From Zootoca vivipara (taxonomy: Eukaryota), in NCBI RefSeq assembly GCF_963506605.1, contig NC_083282.1:68758001-68822000 (forward strand): 64,000 nucleotides of DNA. The letters are read 5' to 3'. The notes beneath the pieces were generated by a model that saw nothing but the letters and a program-made list of their open reading frames with translations, did not search any database and was not told the origin of the DNA. Shown piece by piece: positions 63,688 through 64,000 of the stretch (the stretch's first letter is position 1; every line of letters begins with the position of its first letter). A program made the translations under genes and the position numbers.

Positions 63688-64000
63688 TAAGCTTTCTTGC
63701 TACAATTTTGTATTACTGCTACTTCCTTTCTACTGTTGGCGTCTGTTAGATGCACTGTTGGATAGCTGTACGATTAAACTTGGTTACCTTTGATGGTGAA
63801 AACAAATGATGCTGTTCTTAAAATGTTAGCAGAGTATGTTCAACAACTCGCCTAAGGGGTTTTTTTAATGTGCTATTAAATGTTAAATACTTCCATTATT
63901 TATAAAATAATATACACCAATTTTTCCTTTAGTACTTATTTAACCTGCGCTTCAGCGTTTTTTCAGTTTTGCTTCAAAGACCCCAAAGATTAAATTTCAA

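Overview
This is vertebrate genomic DNA from a squamate reptile, probably a lacertid lizard (inferred from Sauria-type and Squam-type SINEs plus the CR1/L2/BovB/hAT repeat content). It holds two divergently transcribed intron-containing genes in the conserved AHCY-ITCH arrangement. AHCY (S-adenosylhomocysteine hydrolase) is on the minus strand: coding exons 1-4 at 9500-1671, with the rest beyond the left edge. ITCH (NEDD4-family HECT E3 ligase) is on the plus strand: a CpG-island promoter and non-coding first exon at about 25.2-25.5 kb, then 12 coding exons at 41369-63686 covering the C2 domain, proline-rich linker and WW1-WW4, with the HECT domain beyond the right edge. All coding exons have GT-AG junctions whose phases join into one reading frame per gene. 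Most short ORFs in the supplied track are spurious. The rest is a dense, nested transposon landscape: two oppositely oriented, complementarily defective IR/DR DD34E Tc1 elements; a 5'-truncated CR1; an ORF2-less HAL1-like L1 derivative with a 22-bp direct repeat; a 2.1-kb composite hAT with an internal 518-bp duplication; and many MITEs and SINEs. The most notable item is a young Penelope-like retroelement in an ITCH intron (552 uninterrupted RT plus GIY-YIG codons, 12-bp TSD). It carries a minimal hammerhead ribozyme with palindromic stem III, and a snap-back half-ribozyme palindrome sits next to it. No clearly novel protein-coding system is evident. The candidate novelties are RNA-structural or regulatory.
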